Part shown: positions 1 to 10,700 of the stretch, piece by piece
Position numbering within the stretch: the first letter of the stretch is position 1
How the letters are laid out: each line of letters begins with the position of its first letter
From: a virus
DNA: 64,000 bases
IMG/VR virus record: IMGVR_UViG_3300023440_000001
Span: 1 to 64,000 of that record
Strand: one strand, 5' to 3'
The notes under the pieces: model-generated
Told to the model about the DNA's origin: nothing
Databases searched by the model: none
Seen by the model: the letters and a program-made list of their open reading frames with translations, nothing else
Position numbers and translations under genes: made by a program

Positions 1-3000
1 AACAGGTATTTCATCTCCATACTGAAGTCGATTCCATATTGCCCGGCGGGATTCTTCACTCAGGCGACTGATGATATCCTTATATTCTGTTAACCTCAGT
101 ATCCGATACTTTCGAGCATCTCCCAGTGCCCGTCCAATAGGCGTCTGACGAAGTTCGCCTTCACGTATCTCCCGTAACCAGTCTACAGCTTCGAAGAGAT
201 CTTCGATATTATCGATCTGTTCCGGCAGGCTTCCCTTCTTCAGCAGCTTTATGGACTGCTGTATCCAGGCCATGGCTTCCGCAACTGGCATCTTCTGTGT
301 CTTCTGGGACACGTAGGATATACCCAGCCGGCTATCCAGATAGGAGAGCATCTCCAGTGCTTCCGCAGCGGAACCACCGGCCAGCTTCATGGAATTGAGA
401 ATACCTTCTTCAAACAATGTGTAGAAGTACGGCTTAAAACGCGTATGACCCAGCGGTACACCGTAGCGGCTTTCAATCAGTTCATTAATATCTTTATCCA
501 CATAGTCCAGTAGATCCTGCATAACCTGCAGAGAGTCAATGGCTCGAAAACCCATAACCGGCAACAGACGGTCACCAATCTTGTTCAGTTCGATATCAAA
601 CAGTGCCGGCTTGTCCTTCTGGCCCAGGTCCGTGCGAATCTTGCGATAGAACTGCAGCTCTTTCTCCAGGGTGCGCATCTCTTCACCGGAAGTGGTACTG
701 TTAACCCGCTTCTGCAGATCGATAATATGCTGATCCAGCTTCTTGCGATATTCATCAATGGTCTTATTGTAGAGCTCCAGCGCCCGCTGTCGATTCAATC
801 CCATTTGCCGAGCCTGTTTCTGAAAAGACTCCTCCACAAAGCTCCAGGTTATCCCGGTCTTATAAAGTGATTCCAGCAACCGGTCGGGACTGATCATTTC
901 ATATAGCTGCATGGATTGAATGGATGGCAGGCGCACTTCCAGATAGTACTGACCAGGTACTCCGGGCAGCTGACGGGCGACAATGTTCTGAGTACCAGAT
1001 TCGCCCAGAAAGGGACGCAGCGCTTCCCGTGCGGCACGCACCAGGTGGTGTGGATTGCGGTTATAAGTGGGATCATTGTTGAGCTTTAACAGTATACGGC
1101 CAATCTGTACGGAATAGAATGAACCGATTTCGTTTCGACTGCCACCGAACTTGGATCCGACAACCATTGCCACCTGACTGGCAGAAAAGTCCAGTGCCTG
1201 ATTCCGACCACCAAATGTCTGAAAGACCACGGACTTGGCATTCTTGGTAGTTCCGATAGTATACTTCGTGCCCGGTCCGCCTTCCGTAATCGTATCCAGC
1301 ATAATCTGCAGCTTACCGCTCTCCTTATCGATCCGTACATCAACCACTACCGCATCATGACTGCCATCGAACTTCACCGGGCGAGAACTGTGCAGCCGAC
1401 GTGCCAGCCAGATATCGTCTTCCTTATCGGCAAATAACATGTATCGGTGCAATACCGGATCGCTCATTCGCTCTTCCGGCTTCAGCCGATAGTAGCGATC
1501 CATGATTGCTGCCACTTCATGTCTGGAAATCGTGGCGTCGGCATTCACAAAAGCATTCCAGTCCGGTCTGCCGGACAGAAGGTTCAGTCGCCGTTCCAGT
1601 GCCTGGCGGATGGGTTTACCCAGATCACGGCCAATCTCCTGATATATCTGCTGGGGAGATAACATCTCCCATTTCTTGGGTAGGTCGATCTCTATAGTGG
1701 TAATGCTGCCGGCACCACGGAAGTAGCGCGTAATCTTCCGTGCCGCTTCATGCATAACTGCCTGACTCTCCCAGACCAGCTGATGCCCCTCCGGTGCGTA
1801 GAATACCGGCAGCTGCAGGCTAGTATGCAGGCCGCCTCGTTCCAGATCCCGCTGGCCGCGGGCGAAGATATTGCGGAAGGAGTCATAGAGCGCAGCCCCG
1901 TGCGTTGTGGAGAGTACGTTACCAGGCATGTATTGAAATGGGCCTTTGGTGATTTCACTCAGCAGTTCTTTGGTTGGCGGAGCAAACTGCCAGCCCATGA
2001 AGGCCTGATACTTCTGACGCATCAGGTTATTGAGCAGACCAAAGGGAATCAGATGATGCATCTGAAACAGAGAACCGATTAGCTTGGCAGCCTGCTGTTG
2101 GGAGCTGGAGAACAGGGAGATATTGAAGAGACTCTCTTCGTCATCCAGAGCCGTAAAGACGTTGGGCCGGTAGAGATCCATGGCTTCGAATGTTCGGAAC
2201 CAGGCGGTGTTTCCATGCTGCAGAACTTCTCGGGCAACTTCGTGCAGGTGCCAGTACTTGTCAAAGTTATAGGGGAGTTTGCGCAGGTTCTGCTGCTGAT
2301 ACATCAGGACAATTGTATTCAAGGCCACGTCCACACCACCGGCATGGGCGCCTTTCAGAATACTGTCCGTGGCGGTCAATTTCATGCGGCGCACTTTACG
2401 GAACAGTTCCAGAACTCTCTGATAGGGAACGTCATTCTCTTCGGCAATGCGCTTTAGTGCCGCTTCAGGTATCTCTTCGGCTTTGCTGACCTGCGCCTGT
2501 TGCAGAATGGCACCGAATGCCGTATCATCCAGGCCGGTATAAGCCTTGAACTGCGCTTCCAGACTGAGTCCCTGGTTTAACTCACCCAACCCATAGATTC
2601 CGGCAATGGCGAAAGAGTCGATGATACCATCCGTACCGTGCCAGGGATCCATCTTCAGGAAGCGCATCATCTGCGGTTTCAGGGCTTCATAGGTATCCCG
2701 TTCGAACTGATTACCATATTGTAGTTGCTCGAAGAGTGTTTTCAGCAGGACAATATCCGCCCCGGCAATATTATGACCGGCCCGCACCCGTAACGCATTA
2801 TACGGCTCCGCAAAGTCAATCAGATCGCGAATGGCTTCGGCAAAGTTCTTCCGGCGCAGTCGGTTTGGTCCGATCTCGCCGGATGGACCCCGCAGTTCGT
2901 TATTGATAAAGTGTTCGACGTCTTTAGGATCAACACCCTTATTAATATAGAACTGCTTGATATAGTCATACCATTCGGCCTTTCCAGGGTCGATCAGAAT

Positions 3001-4725
3001 ATCAATGCTACCCACTTCTTCCCAGGTAGCCGTGTTGATAATCTTGGCACTGATGTTATAGACTTTGGTGCGCGGATCACGGATGACTTTCTGCGGACCA
3101 ACACCCTTCTGAGCCAGATCAGGGTGCGTAAACTCCAGGTCGAATACCAGCATATGCTCGTTACCAGCACCCAGTTTGGAAAGCTCGTCCAGAGACGGCA
3201 CACCACGGATGAGTCGTCGGTAATCGCGATAACTTCCCTTACCGATGGCCAGATTCAGATCTTCAAAGATGACAGACTGCTGACGGATGATATCCCTGAT
3301 GGTTCCACTGATTGGAGAGGATTGACCGAAGACACGATCCAGTGTTGACTGGACCACGTTTAAAGCTCTTAATGGGACACCTGAATCCGCAATATCATTG
3401 ACGATCTTGTCCGCTACTGCCCGGTACATCTGAGCAACCCGAGAAGTTGGGTCCAGTATGTTATCCGATCCGAAGGGCGCATAACGGGGAGATACGGTGG
3501 GCAACGCATGAGCCCCGCGAGACATGAATGGACCAGTTTCGACCGGGATTCTTAACCGCAGCGGCTGATAATGAGTAGCATTACGGTTGACAACTTCGAT
3601 AATGACGCTTTTATGGGTGAACCCGCCGAAACGTTCATATTGTAGCTTCAGCTGAACATCCAGACCGTCGATGGCATCCATCGCCCGAGAGAACTTCTTA
3701 ACCTGATCCCGCTCTACTGCTTCCCGAAGCAAATCCATGAAGAAGCGGTCCTGACGGTTCTTCAACTCCTGAATCTTGTTGCGCAGTTCATTATAAAGTT
3801 GAGTTATCTCCCGTGCCTGTTGATCAACGTTTGAGCGGGACGTATTGGGTAGGCCCATCAATTTCTGCCAGGCGGACTGGGTGGGTTCCGGTAGATCGGC
3901 ATCCAGAAGAAACTCCCGAACAGTTCTTTCAATGGAGAGATAGCTTTCCTGTCCGGTTGGTGTAAGGTTGCTAATACGAATGGTTCCTGGTTGATGGGTT
4001 GCCAGTTCCGGATAGGGTTTCTGTTCCGGTATTCGACCATATACATCAATGACCAGTTCCCGGTAGAAACGCTGTTCCTGCTCGGCTCGTTTCAGGAGAC
4101 GAATGTAGGACTGACGCAGCTTGGTGTTGCCGGGATCTTTGGATAAGTTATCAAATAGCGTGGCATAGCGATCCAGTAGCTCGAAGGTGATCTGTGACTC
4201 GAAGGCATCTTCCAGACGGAGACCGTATTGCTCTTTATAGGCAAGAAACTTCAGGTATTTGATGATTCGTTCCCGGGCTGGCTGTTGACGCGCCACATCC
4301 ATGAGCGAATGAAACTGTCGCCGGCGGAACTTCTCTTCCAGCAGCAGGATGTTCTCGGCCGAAGTCTTCTCCATCTGCTCCTGAGCCAGTCTGGCAGCCA
4401 CGGCCTGCTCCCGACGGATAAACTCCAGTGTCTGATTGGTACGCTGCTGCCGGGCATTAGTAATGATATCACTACCCTTTCGGGTGAATGCACGCCGGGT
4501 ACTCTCACCGCTACCTTCTATGGTGATTGACTGGCTGGTGCGGATAATGTCTTCAACAATGGGCGTCTGCCCGAAGACCTTTTCGATGACACTGCCCAGT
4601 TTATCAACTCCCCTACCCGCCCACTTCAGAACTTCCGGGTGGAACTTTACTACACCCAGGGCAGTGGGAGTTAAAAGAAGAACGGATTGCAGCTGATCAC
4701 GGTGGGTCTTCTCTTTGGTAGCCAT
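1..4725 (-). CDS. Giant protein, 3' end outside window (>=1575 aa): DEDDh 3'-5' exonuclease domain plus RNA polymerase beta/Rpb2-like region; putative virion RNA polymerase
   Basis: ATG at 4725, 4 nt after the stop of the 2707-aa gene; hand translation (MATKEKTHRDQLQ...) has no stop down to base 1. Exonuclease motifs: VFDLEFT (D529, nt 3141), GHNIAGAD (G650-D657), AHAGGVD (H794/D799). RNAP-like motifs: LIPFGLLNNLMRQKYQAFMGWQ (2052-1987), DAVVVDVRI..GTKY..KNAKSVV (~1356-1228), SRNEIGSFYSVQIG (1140-1099). Confidence 0.85.
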   Translation of the reverse strand, partial: MATKEKTHRDQLQSVLLLTPTALGVVKFHPEVLKWAGRGVDKLGSVIEKVFGQTPIVEDIIRTSQSITIEGSGESTRRAFTRKGSDIITNARQQRTNQTLEFIRREQAVAARLAQEQMEKTSAENILLLEEKFRRRQFHSLMDVARQQPARERIIKYLKFLAYKEQYGLRLEDAFESQITFELLDRYATLFDNLSKDPGNTKLRQSYIRLLKRAEQEQRFYRELVIDVYGRIPEQKPYPELATHQPGTIRISNLTPTGQESYLSIERTVREFLLDADLPEPTQSAWQKLMGLPNTSRSNVDQQAREITQLYNELRNKIQELKNRQDRFFMDLLREAVERDQVKKFSRAMDAIDGLDVQLKLQYERFGGFTHKSVIIEVVNRNATHYQPLRLRIPVETGPFMSRGAHALPTVSPRYAPFGSDNILDPTSRVAQMYRAVADKIVNDIADSGVPLRALNVVQSTLDRVFGQSSPISGTIRDIIRQQSVIFEDLNLAIGKGSYRDYRRLIRGVPSLDELSKLGAGNEHMLVFDLEFTHPDLAQKGVGPQKVIRDPRTKVYNISAKIINTATWEEVGSIDILIDPGKAEWYDYIKQFYINKGVDPKDVEHFINNELRGPSGEIGPNRLRRKNFAEAIRDLIDFAEPYNALRVRAGHNIAGADIVLLKTLFEQLQYGNQFERDTYEALKPQMMRFLKMDPWHGTDGIIDSFAIAGIYGLGELNQGLSLEAQFKAYTGLDDTAFGAILQQAQVSKAEEIPEAALKRIAEENDVPYQRVLELFRKVRRMKLTATDSILKGAHAGGVDVALNTIVLMYQQQNLRKLPYNFDKYWHLHEVAREVLQHGNTAWFRTFEAMDLYRPNVFTALDDEESLFNISLFSSSQQQAAKLIGSLFQMHHLIPFGLLNNLMRQKYQAFMGWQFAPPTKELLSEITKGPFQYMPGNVLSTTHGAALYDSFRNIFARGQRDLERGGLHTSLQLPVFYAPEGHQLVWESQAVMHEAARKITRYFRGAGSITTIEIDLPKKWEMLSPQQIYQEIGRDLGKPIRQALERRLNLLSGRPDWNAFVNADATISRHEVAAIMDRYYRLKPEERMSDPVLHRYMLFADKEDDIWLARRLHSSRPVKFDGSHDAVVVDVRIDKESGKLQIMLDTITEGGPGTKYTIGTTKNAKSVVFQTFGGRNQALDFSASQVAMVVGSKFGGSRNEIGSFYSVQIGRILLKLNNDPTYNRNPHHLVRAAREALRPFLGESGTQNIVARQLPGVPGQYYLEVRLPSIQSMQLYEMISPDRLLESLYKTGITWSFVEESFQKQARQMGLNRQRALELYNKTIDEYRKKLDQHIIDLQKRVNSTTSGEEMRTLEKELQFYRKIRTDLGQKDKPALFDIELNKIGDRLLPVMGFRAIDSLQVMQDLLDYVDKDINELIESRYGVPLGHTRFKPYFYTLFEEGILNSMKLAGGSAAEALEMLSYLDSRLGISYVSQKTQKMPVAEAMAWIQQSIKLLKKGSLPEQIDNIEDLFEAVDWLREIREGELRQTPIGRALGDARKYRILRLTEYKDIISRLSEESRRAIWNRLQYGDEIPV

Positions 4726-4729
4726 CTAC

Positions 4730-7700
4730 CTATTCTCCAAACAATCGAATGGTGTTGGCTCTTGTCACATTGGTTCGCTCACGCTGAATATCGATATTCA
4801 GATGAATGCTATTAGACGAAGTGCTCGGTATACTTCGTATCTGTATGATTGCATTCTGAACACCAAAGGATGCCAGAGCCCCTTCTATTATTGCTTTAAT
4901 GGTCGCCGAATCCATGTCGGTCGCAACTGGTTCCGGAGAAGGTCCATTGATATCAATCGCCTGCAGATTGAAAGGTGAATTCCGTATCCGTTGCTCCTGA
5001 CTCATCCAGCCCAGACCGAAGTCGTGGGCATCAAATCCGGCCTGTTCGGCGGTTAACATCTGCACATCATCCACGTTGACAGCCGGATTCATCACCGGCT
5101 CCATCATGGATGGCAGGTAGTGGTCCTGGAAGTAGCGAGTCAAATCCAGTTCCTTTTTAGATATGTCACGACGCCGATTCCAGGCCATGTTTAATACCAT
5201 GCGCATCTGGGCATCGACCATCTGAAGAATGTTGTCCTGTTCATCGGGTGGAGTGGATAGAAATGGGAACAGGAACGGCCGATCCCAGTACGGCAGCGCA
5301 CGAATGGCCTGACCCATTCGCTGACCATAGGTATCCTGTGGATCCTGATTCTCATTCGATTGTCCACCAACCAGGGCCAGGTTATGATTTACTCCCTGCC
5401 AGGGAGAACCAAAACCGCGGTCCACCCCGAGCCCCTGGGCTTCAGCAGTATGCAACCGGCGCATCAGAGGTTGCATTGTATCCTCCGAACGATTCAACTT
5501 GATACGATTAAACTGAATTGCCATATCACCCCAGCGTACCGAATCGGTGAAACTACCGGCCAGTTTATCCAGTTCTTCATCCGGTAGCTTAGGAAAGAGT
5601 CGCTTGAAAGATGCACGTATATCTTCATAACTGCTGCGCAGAAGTCGAGCCCGATTATACTCGAACTCGTGAGCAATCATCTCTGATACAAACTCGTAAT
5701 CATTCTTCGTATTATATCCACGCTGTTTCAGGAAACCGGCAACCCGCTTTTCCAGTGCGGGAGTCATTCCGGTTTTGCGATAGAATCCGGGTGGATCTAA
5801 TTCCATCAAGGCAGTATGGAAGTACTGGTGGGAACGTTCATGACGAATCAACTGCTTTATACGAGAGAGTTTGGCATTTATATTGTTAGCGATCAGAATC
5901 ATTGGAGAGTCATCGAACTCTTCTATCCATTGACGCAGGGCCTGGCGCTCTTTGTCCAGCAGACGAATCTGACCCACTTCACCATTCAGTAGTTTAACGA
6001 TCCGGTCACGATAGGTGGCATTCAGGATCGGAATAAAAGTACCTATCGCTTCCGCATTGATTTCCCCCTTTGCAATGAAGTTCAGTGCTTTCCTGGATAC
6101 TCCAATAATACCGCGCCATGGCGATCCGAATCCCTGGTCCTTACCGATACCCTGTGCTGCCGGGTTATGCTGTTTGCGGGAACGCGATGCCATCCCGCGT
6201 TCCGACATTGCCGAGATCGTCCAACCAACGGTAGTGCGCTGCATCTCTTTCAGAAACTCCGGGTTCCTGGTAGCCAGATACATCATCTGAGCCTTGTAGA
6301 ATCGCACCCGGTCAAAATACTGGGACATCTCACTCATCTCTTCAAAGCGATCCGGAATGTACCGGGTTCCGGTTATGCCACGATAGATACCATGCATAAT
6401 TCCATAGGCAACACCCAGTGGCGCAGTTATGGAAGCCAGTACCGGACCGCCGAATAACCAGCCACCGATTCCATAAGAGATAGCCCCCTGGATGGGATCG
6501 TCTACCGATCGCAGCCCGCGGCTATAGGGTTCGATCCAGTGCTGATAGGGCTTTGCCCAGTTCTTAAACTCCCGACCATACAGAACAAATCGCTCGTATT
6601 GTTCTTCCGGCGAGTAGAGACCGAATAGCTTGGAATGCAGCGGACTGCGCAGGTGGGTAAACTTCTCCCAGATACTACCCATAATTCGCTCGGGCAGGGT
6701 GTACTCAGCGGCAGCTTTAATGTTCTCATTCAGAGAGAAGTTCTGATATTCCGTATCGGGCGATAGGATCTGAGAGAACTTAAACCGATACGGATACATT
6801 TCCCATTTCCACATCATGGCCCGACGTTGGCGCTGTAGCTTGTTCAGTTCTCTGATCTCGGCTTCCCCCAGTACACCGGCTTCTTTCTGCTGTTGCAGGA
6901 TCTGCCAGGTATCTCGAAACTCCTGACTGAAAGGAGCCGCATTGATGAGTACCTTTGCCCGATCCAGAAAGCTATAAGCCTGTGCCGGATTCCCATACCC
7001 CTGAGCCAGATATTGAGCCGCCAGCTGTCGAGCCGTTTCCAGACGGTTCATCGTCTCTTCGTAAAGACGGGGATCGTAACGTACCTGGAAAGTACGTATC
7101 TGAGTGGGGTCATCACGGTTTACGTATAGCAGGATACCCTTACTCTCGTTGAGAATGTTCAGGTAGACATTGAGCTGGGTAATATGTTTGGATTTGGGCC
7201 AGTGGAGTCTCTTAAATCCCTGTGCTCCGATAGTCTTGATTTCTATCGGCATGTACCCATGACGGGTGTTCTTACTCTGGATCAATATGTCCACATAGCC
7301 CTTAATATTATGATAGGGATCGTATATCAGTGTTTCCGCCTTGGTATTCTTGTTCAGCCGGGTTAGCATCTCCTGTATGATACGGTGAGTTCGGGTCCCG
7401 GCATCCAGGATATCTTCTTCCATCTCTGTCAGCTCATCCCGGATACCAATCATTCGCAGTGCCTGCTCATAGGCGGAGTAACCCAGCTGAGAGGGACCAG
7501 CGGGAAAGGTCAGGCGGACATTTCTGGCAGTTTCATACCCTTCTCCAGGCAGCAGCAGTTCACCGAAGGGAACCTTTGTATTATGAGTACAGGCACCCGG
7601 CACACAGAATGAATCATCTGTATCCACTTCATATCCGTACACTGGACCCCGATAGTGCGCTCTGCGTATGTATTCGATCTCCAGTCGCAACCATTCGTAC

Positions 7701-10700
7701 TCGGTAAACCTGGTGTTCCATTCATATTCATACCAGCTGGTCGGGTCTCCGGGCAGGCCATTTATGTCCATACCACAGAGCATTGCCAGTTCACGAGCTG
7801 CTCGACGGCTGTAGTAAATGCGTCTGTCTTCAATCCATCCCACATAACCATGTTGCACCAGAATGTTCCAGGCCTGATAGGTGATGGCTTCCGTGGGCAG
7901 CTCAAAGTACAAATACTCGTCTGTTTCATCCCGATGGGCAAAAACTGCCATGAATTGGATAAAGACTGTCAGATCCAATCCATAGAAGTTCAGTGGCAAT
8001 CCTTCTTCAATGATACGTACCAGCAGCTTCCGCAGTGGCTCCACCTTATAAATGCCGGAGCTGGGCTGGACATCAAATAGATCCGCCAGTAGTCGGCGCG
8101 CTTCTGGCGCGCATGGCCCGGATAAGGTGAAATGCTGACTGTTCAAACGATCTATGGAAGACAGTAGTAGAGCGATCAACCGCACTATCCTACCGGTAAG
8201 CGGTACGTCGTCATTGACCGTTCCCCGCACCTTTTTCAGATGTAGTACATCGGGCATACTGATCTTTAACAGTGGATAAGTAACCCGCATATCTTCTGTC
8301 AGATCCCGGGCCTTTACCCACTGTTTATCAATCCAGAAGGGATGTTCTTCGGTAACCTTAATCTCCCAGGGCAGACCCCTAATCTTGATGACGTATATCT
8401 CTTCATCTACTTCCCGGATGGCTACTGCCTTTACCGGATAGAAGCGTCCCTTGACGGTACGGATCAGGTCACCTGGCTTAACGGCATCGGCTCGTACCAG
8501 ACTACCGTTTACTTCTACCATTGAGTCAGGTGTCAGACAGTACGGATCGGAGTGTTTAAACTCATCTGGCATCCAGGAAGGCATTTCGTTCCGTATCAGA
8601 CCCACCTTTTCGTAATCCGTTCGGGGACGCGGAAAGAGTCGGCGGAAGCCCTCGTTGATTAGCAACATATCCCCCAGGTTCTCATCCCAGTAGAAGCGAC
8701 GGAAGCTATCCATTTCATCGGCTGAAGCAAACACCGGCTGCTCGCCGGCATAAGGCTCGTTACCGCCCCACATAGCAGCGGAGGTGATGAATCCCATTAA
8801 ACCAGCAGGTTCAATGAATCCCCGATAAACCTGTTCGGCTATCAGCTGACGTGTATCCCATGGAGTGGTAATTTCACCGTGATAGGGAGACATGGTGCCG
8901 GATACGAATTGACCAAACTGCTGACTACCTTCCAGGCCCAATGCCGGAGCCCCGGCATAGATCGGACCATAACCCCACAGCTTTCTCTGATTTTCACTCA
9001 CACCGTCAGCAGTCAATACAGCACGTGCCTCTTCCACATGCATGGGTTTGTTTGAAGCAAACGGATGCAGCAGGTTATACAGCCGACCCACTGTTACACC
9101 CAGCAATGGCCCGACAATGGGCACTTCTGAAAACGGCGTGCTGGGTATAACATAGGGTCGGTCCCGATAGTGTTTCTTTTCCAGATACTGTGGCGCAATA
9201 ATATCACCCAGGCTGAAGTCCAGGAAAGGCAGGTCTTTAAAGATGAACTCTTCTATCTTGGATCCATATAGTGATGGCGACGCTTTGTACTGGGACTTAA
9301 GCCGTACATACCAGTTCGGCACCCAGGCACGGATACGACCACCTTCTATGGGAGTTGTTCCGGTTGTCCAGCCGGCGCCCCTACGATAGGGTACCTCTTC
9401 TTCACCCGAGTATATCTTACGGAGCTCATCATAGGATTTGGTCAGATCAGCAACGAATGGAGCCACCGGCGGTAGTATAGCCAGTGCCGATAATGGACCA
9501 CCTGAGAGCTGAGCCTGGGTATATCGGTTAATGGCCGCCCCTGCCAGCATACCTGGCAGACCACCCATCATAAAGCCCACTGCTGCACCGGGTATAATAC
9601 TGGTGGATTTGGGCATCAGCCCTTCCATGTACTTGGCAAAGTTGGTAATGCCGGCAATATCATAAATGCGGGCTGCCAGTAGTCGTGCGTTAACCGCCTG
9701 ATCGGCAATGGCTACCGTAAGACCTTCATCCAGCGCCGTACCATCGAACATGGGATTGACATCAAAGAAAGTATCCAGGGCATTATAGGCAGTCATCACC
9801 CCACTGAAGAAGAGCGCCCGCTTGGCCATCAGACCGGCAACACCACCCCGCCATTTACCATCTACCTTTTTAGGCAGGAAATGGGAATAACGCGCCCGGT
9901 TGAAGCCCAACCCCATGAAGTCCAGCGCCTGACCAAAGGTATCGTAAACATAGTCCATGGCCAGACTGAACAGCTCACCTTTATCCTTATGCAGTAGCAG
10001 GTATGGATCCGTATCGTATGTCTTTTGAACAATACCATAGATCTGTTCCCGATAGTTATCCGGTGGGCTATATTTAGCCGTCCAGCTTACCTCTTTGGAG
10101 AACGCTTCTAATACTCCGGCGTCGTCAGCCTGCTTCAGTACACCCAGTAACTGGGAAAGCTTCTCATAGTTTTGTTCTACCTCAGCGATCTGACGAATGG
10201 TATCCTGGCTGGTAATATTACGAAAGCGTGCCTGAGTAAAAAGCATCTGAACGAAAGCCTTATCCCGTCTGGTAGCTGTAGAGCCAACCAGATTACCAAC
10301 GGCGTTGATCAGACGGGTTGCCAGTGCACGATCATTTGCCACATCATAGGTGAGTTCCTGAGGAACATTGCTGGCGATGGACGTCAGTCGATAGTTAACC
10401 AGGAAACGCCGGAAACGGTCAGCCAGTGGTTCACCGATCGGATTGTAGAGCTCGTTCCGCAGACCACCCAGTTCCTTGGACTGCAATTCATTAATAGCTC
10501 GGGCAATAGAGCGGAACTCGGGCGTGGCTTCGGCAATCTTAAGACTACCTTTATCGAGTGTTTTGAAGAGCAGTTTTACGGCCTCATAGGCATCTTCGGC
10601 ATTGGCGAGTATGTCAGCATGCTTGCCCTGGATGGCTTCAATGAATTTGATATCCGGATCGCTTTTGGTCAGCTGAAGCGGTTTGAATAACTCCTTGAAC

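Noticed and set aside
894-4978. Short ORFs listed in the track across 0.9-5 kb
   Set aside because: They are shadows of the continuous minus-strand frames (4725 to <1 and the end of the 2707-aa gene).
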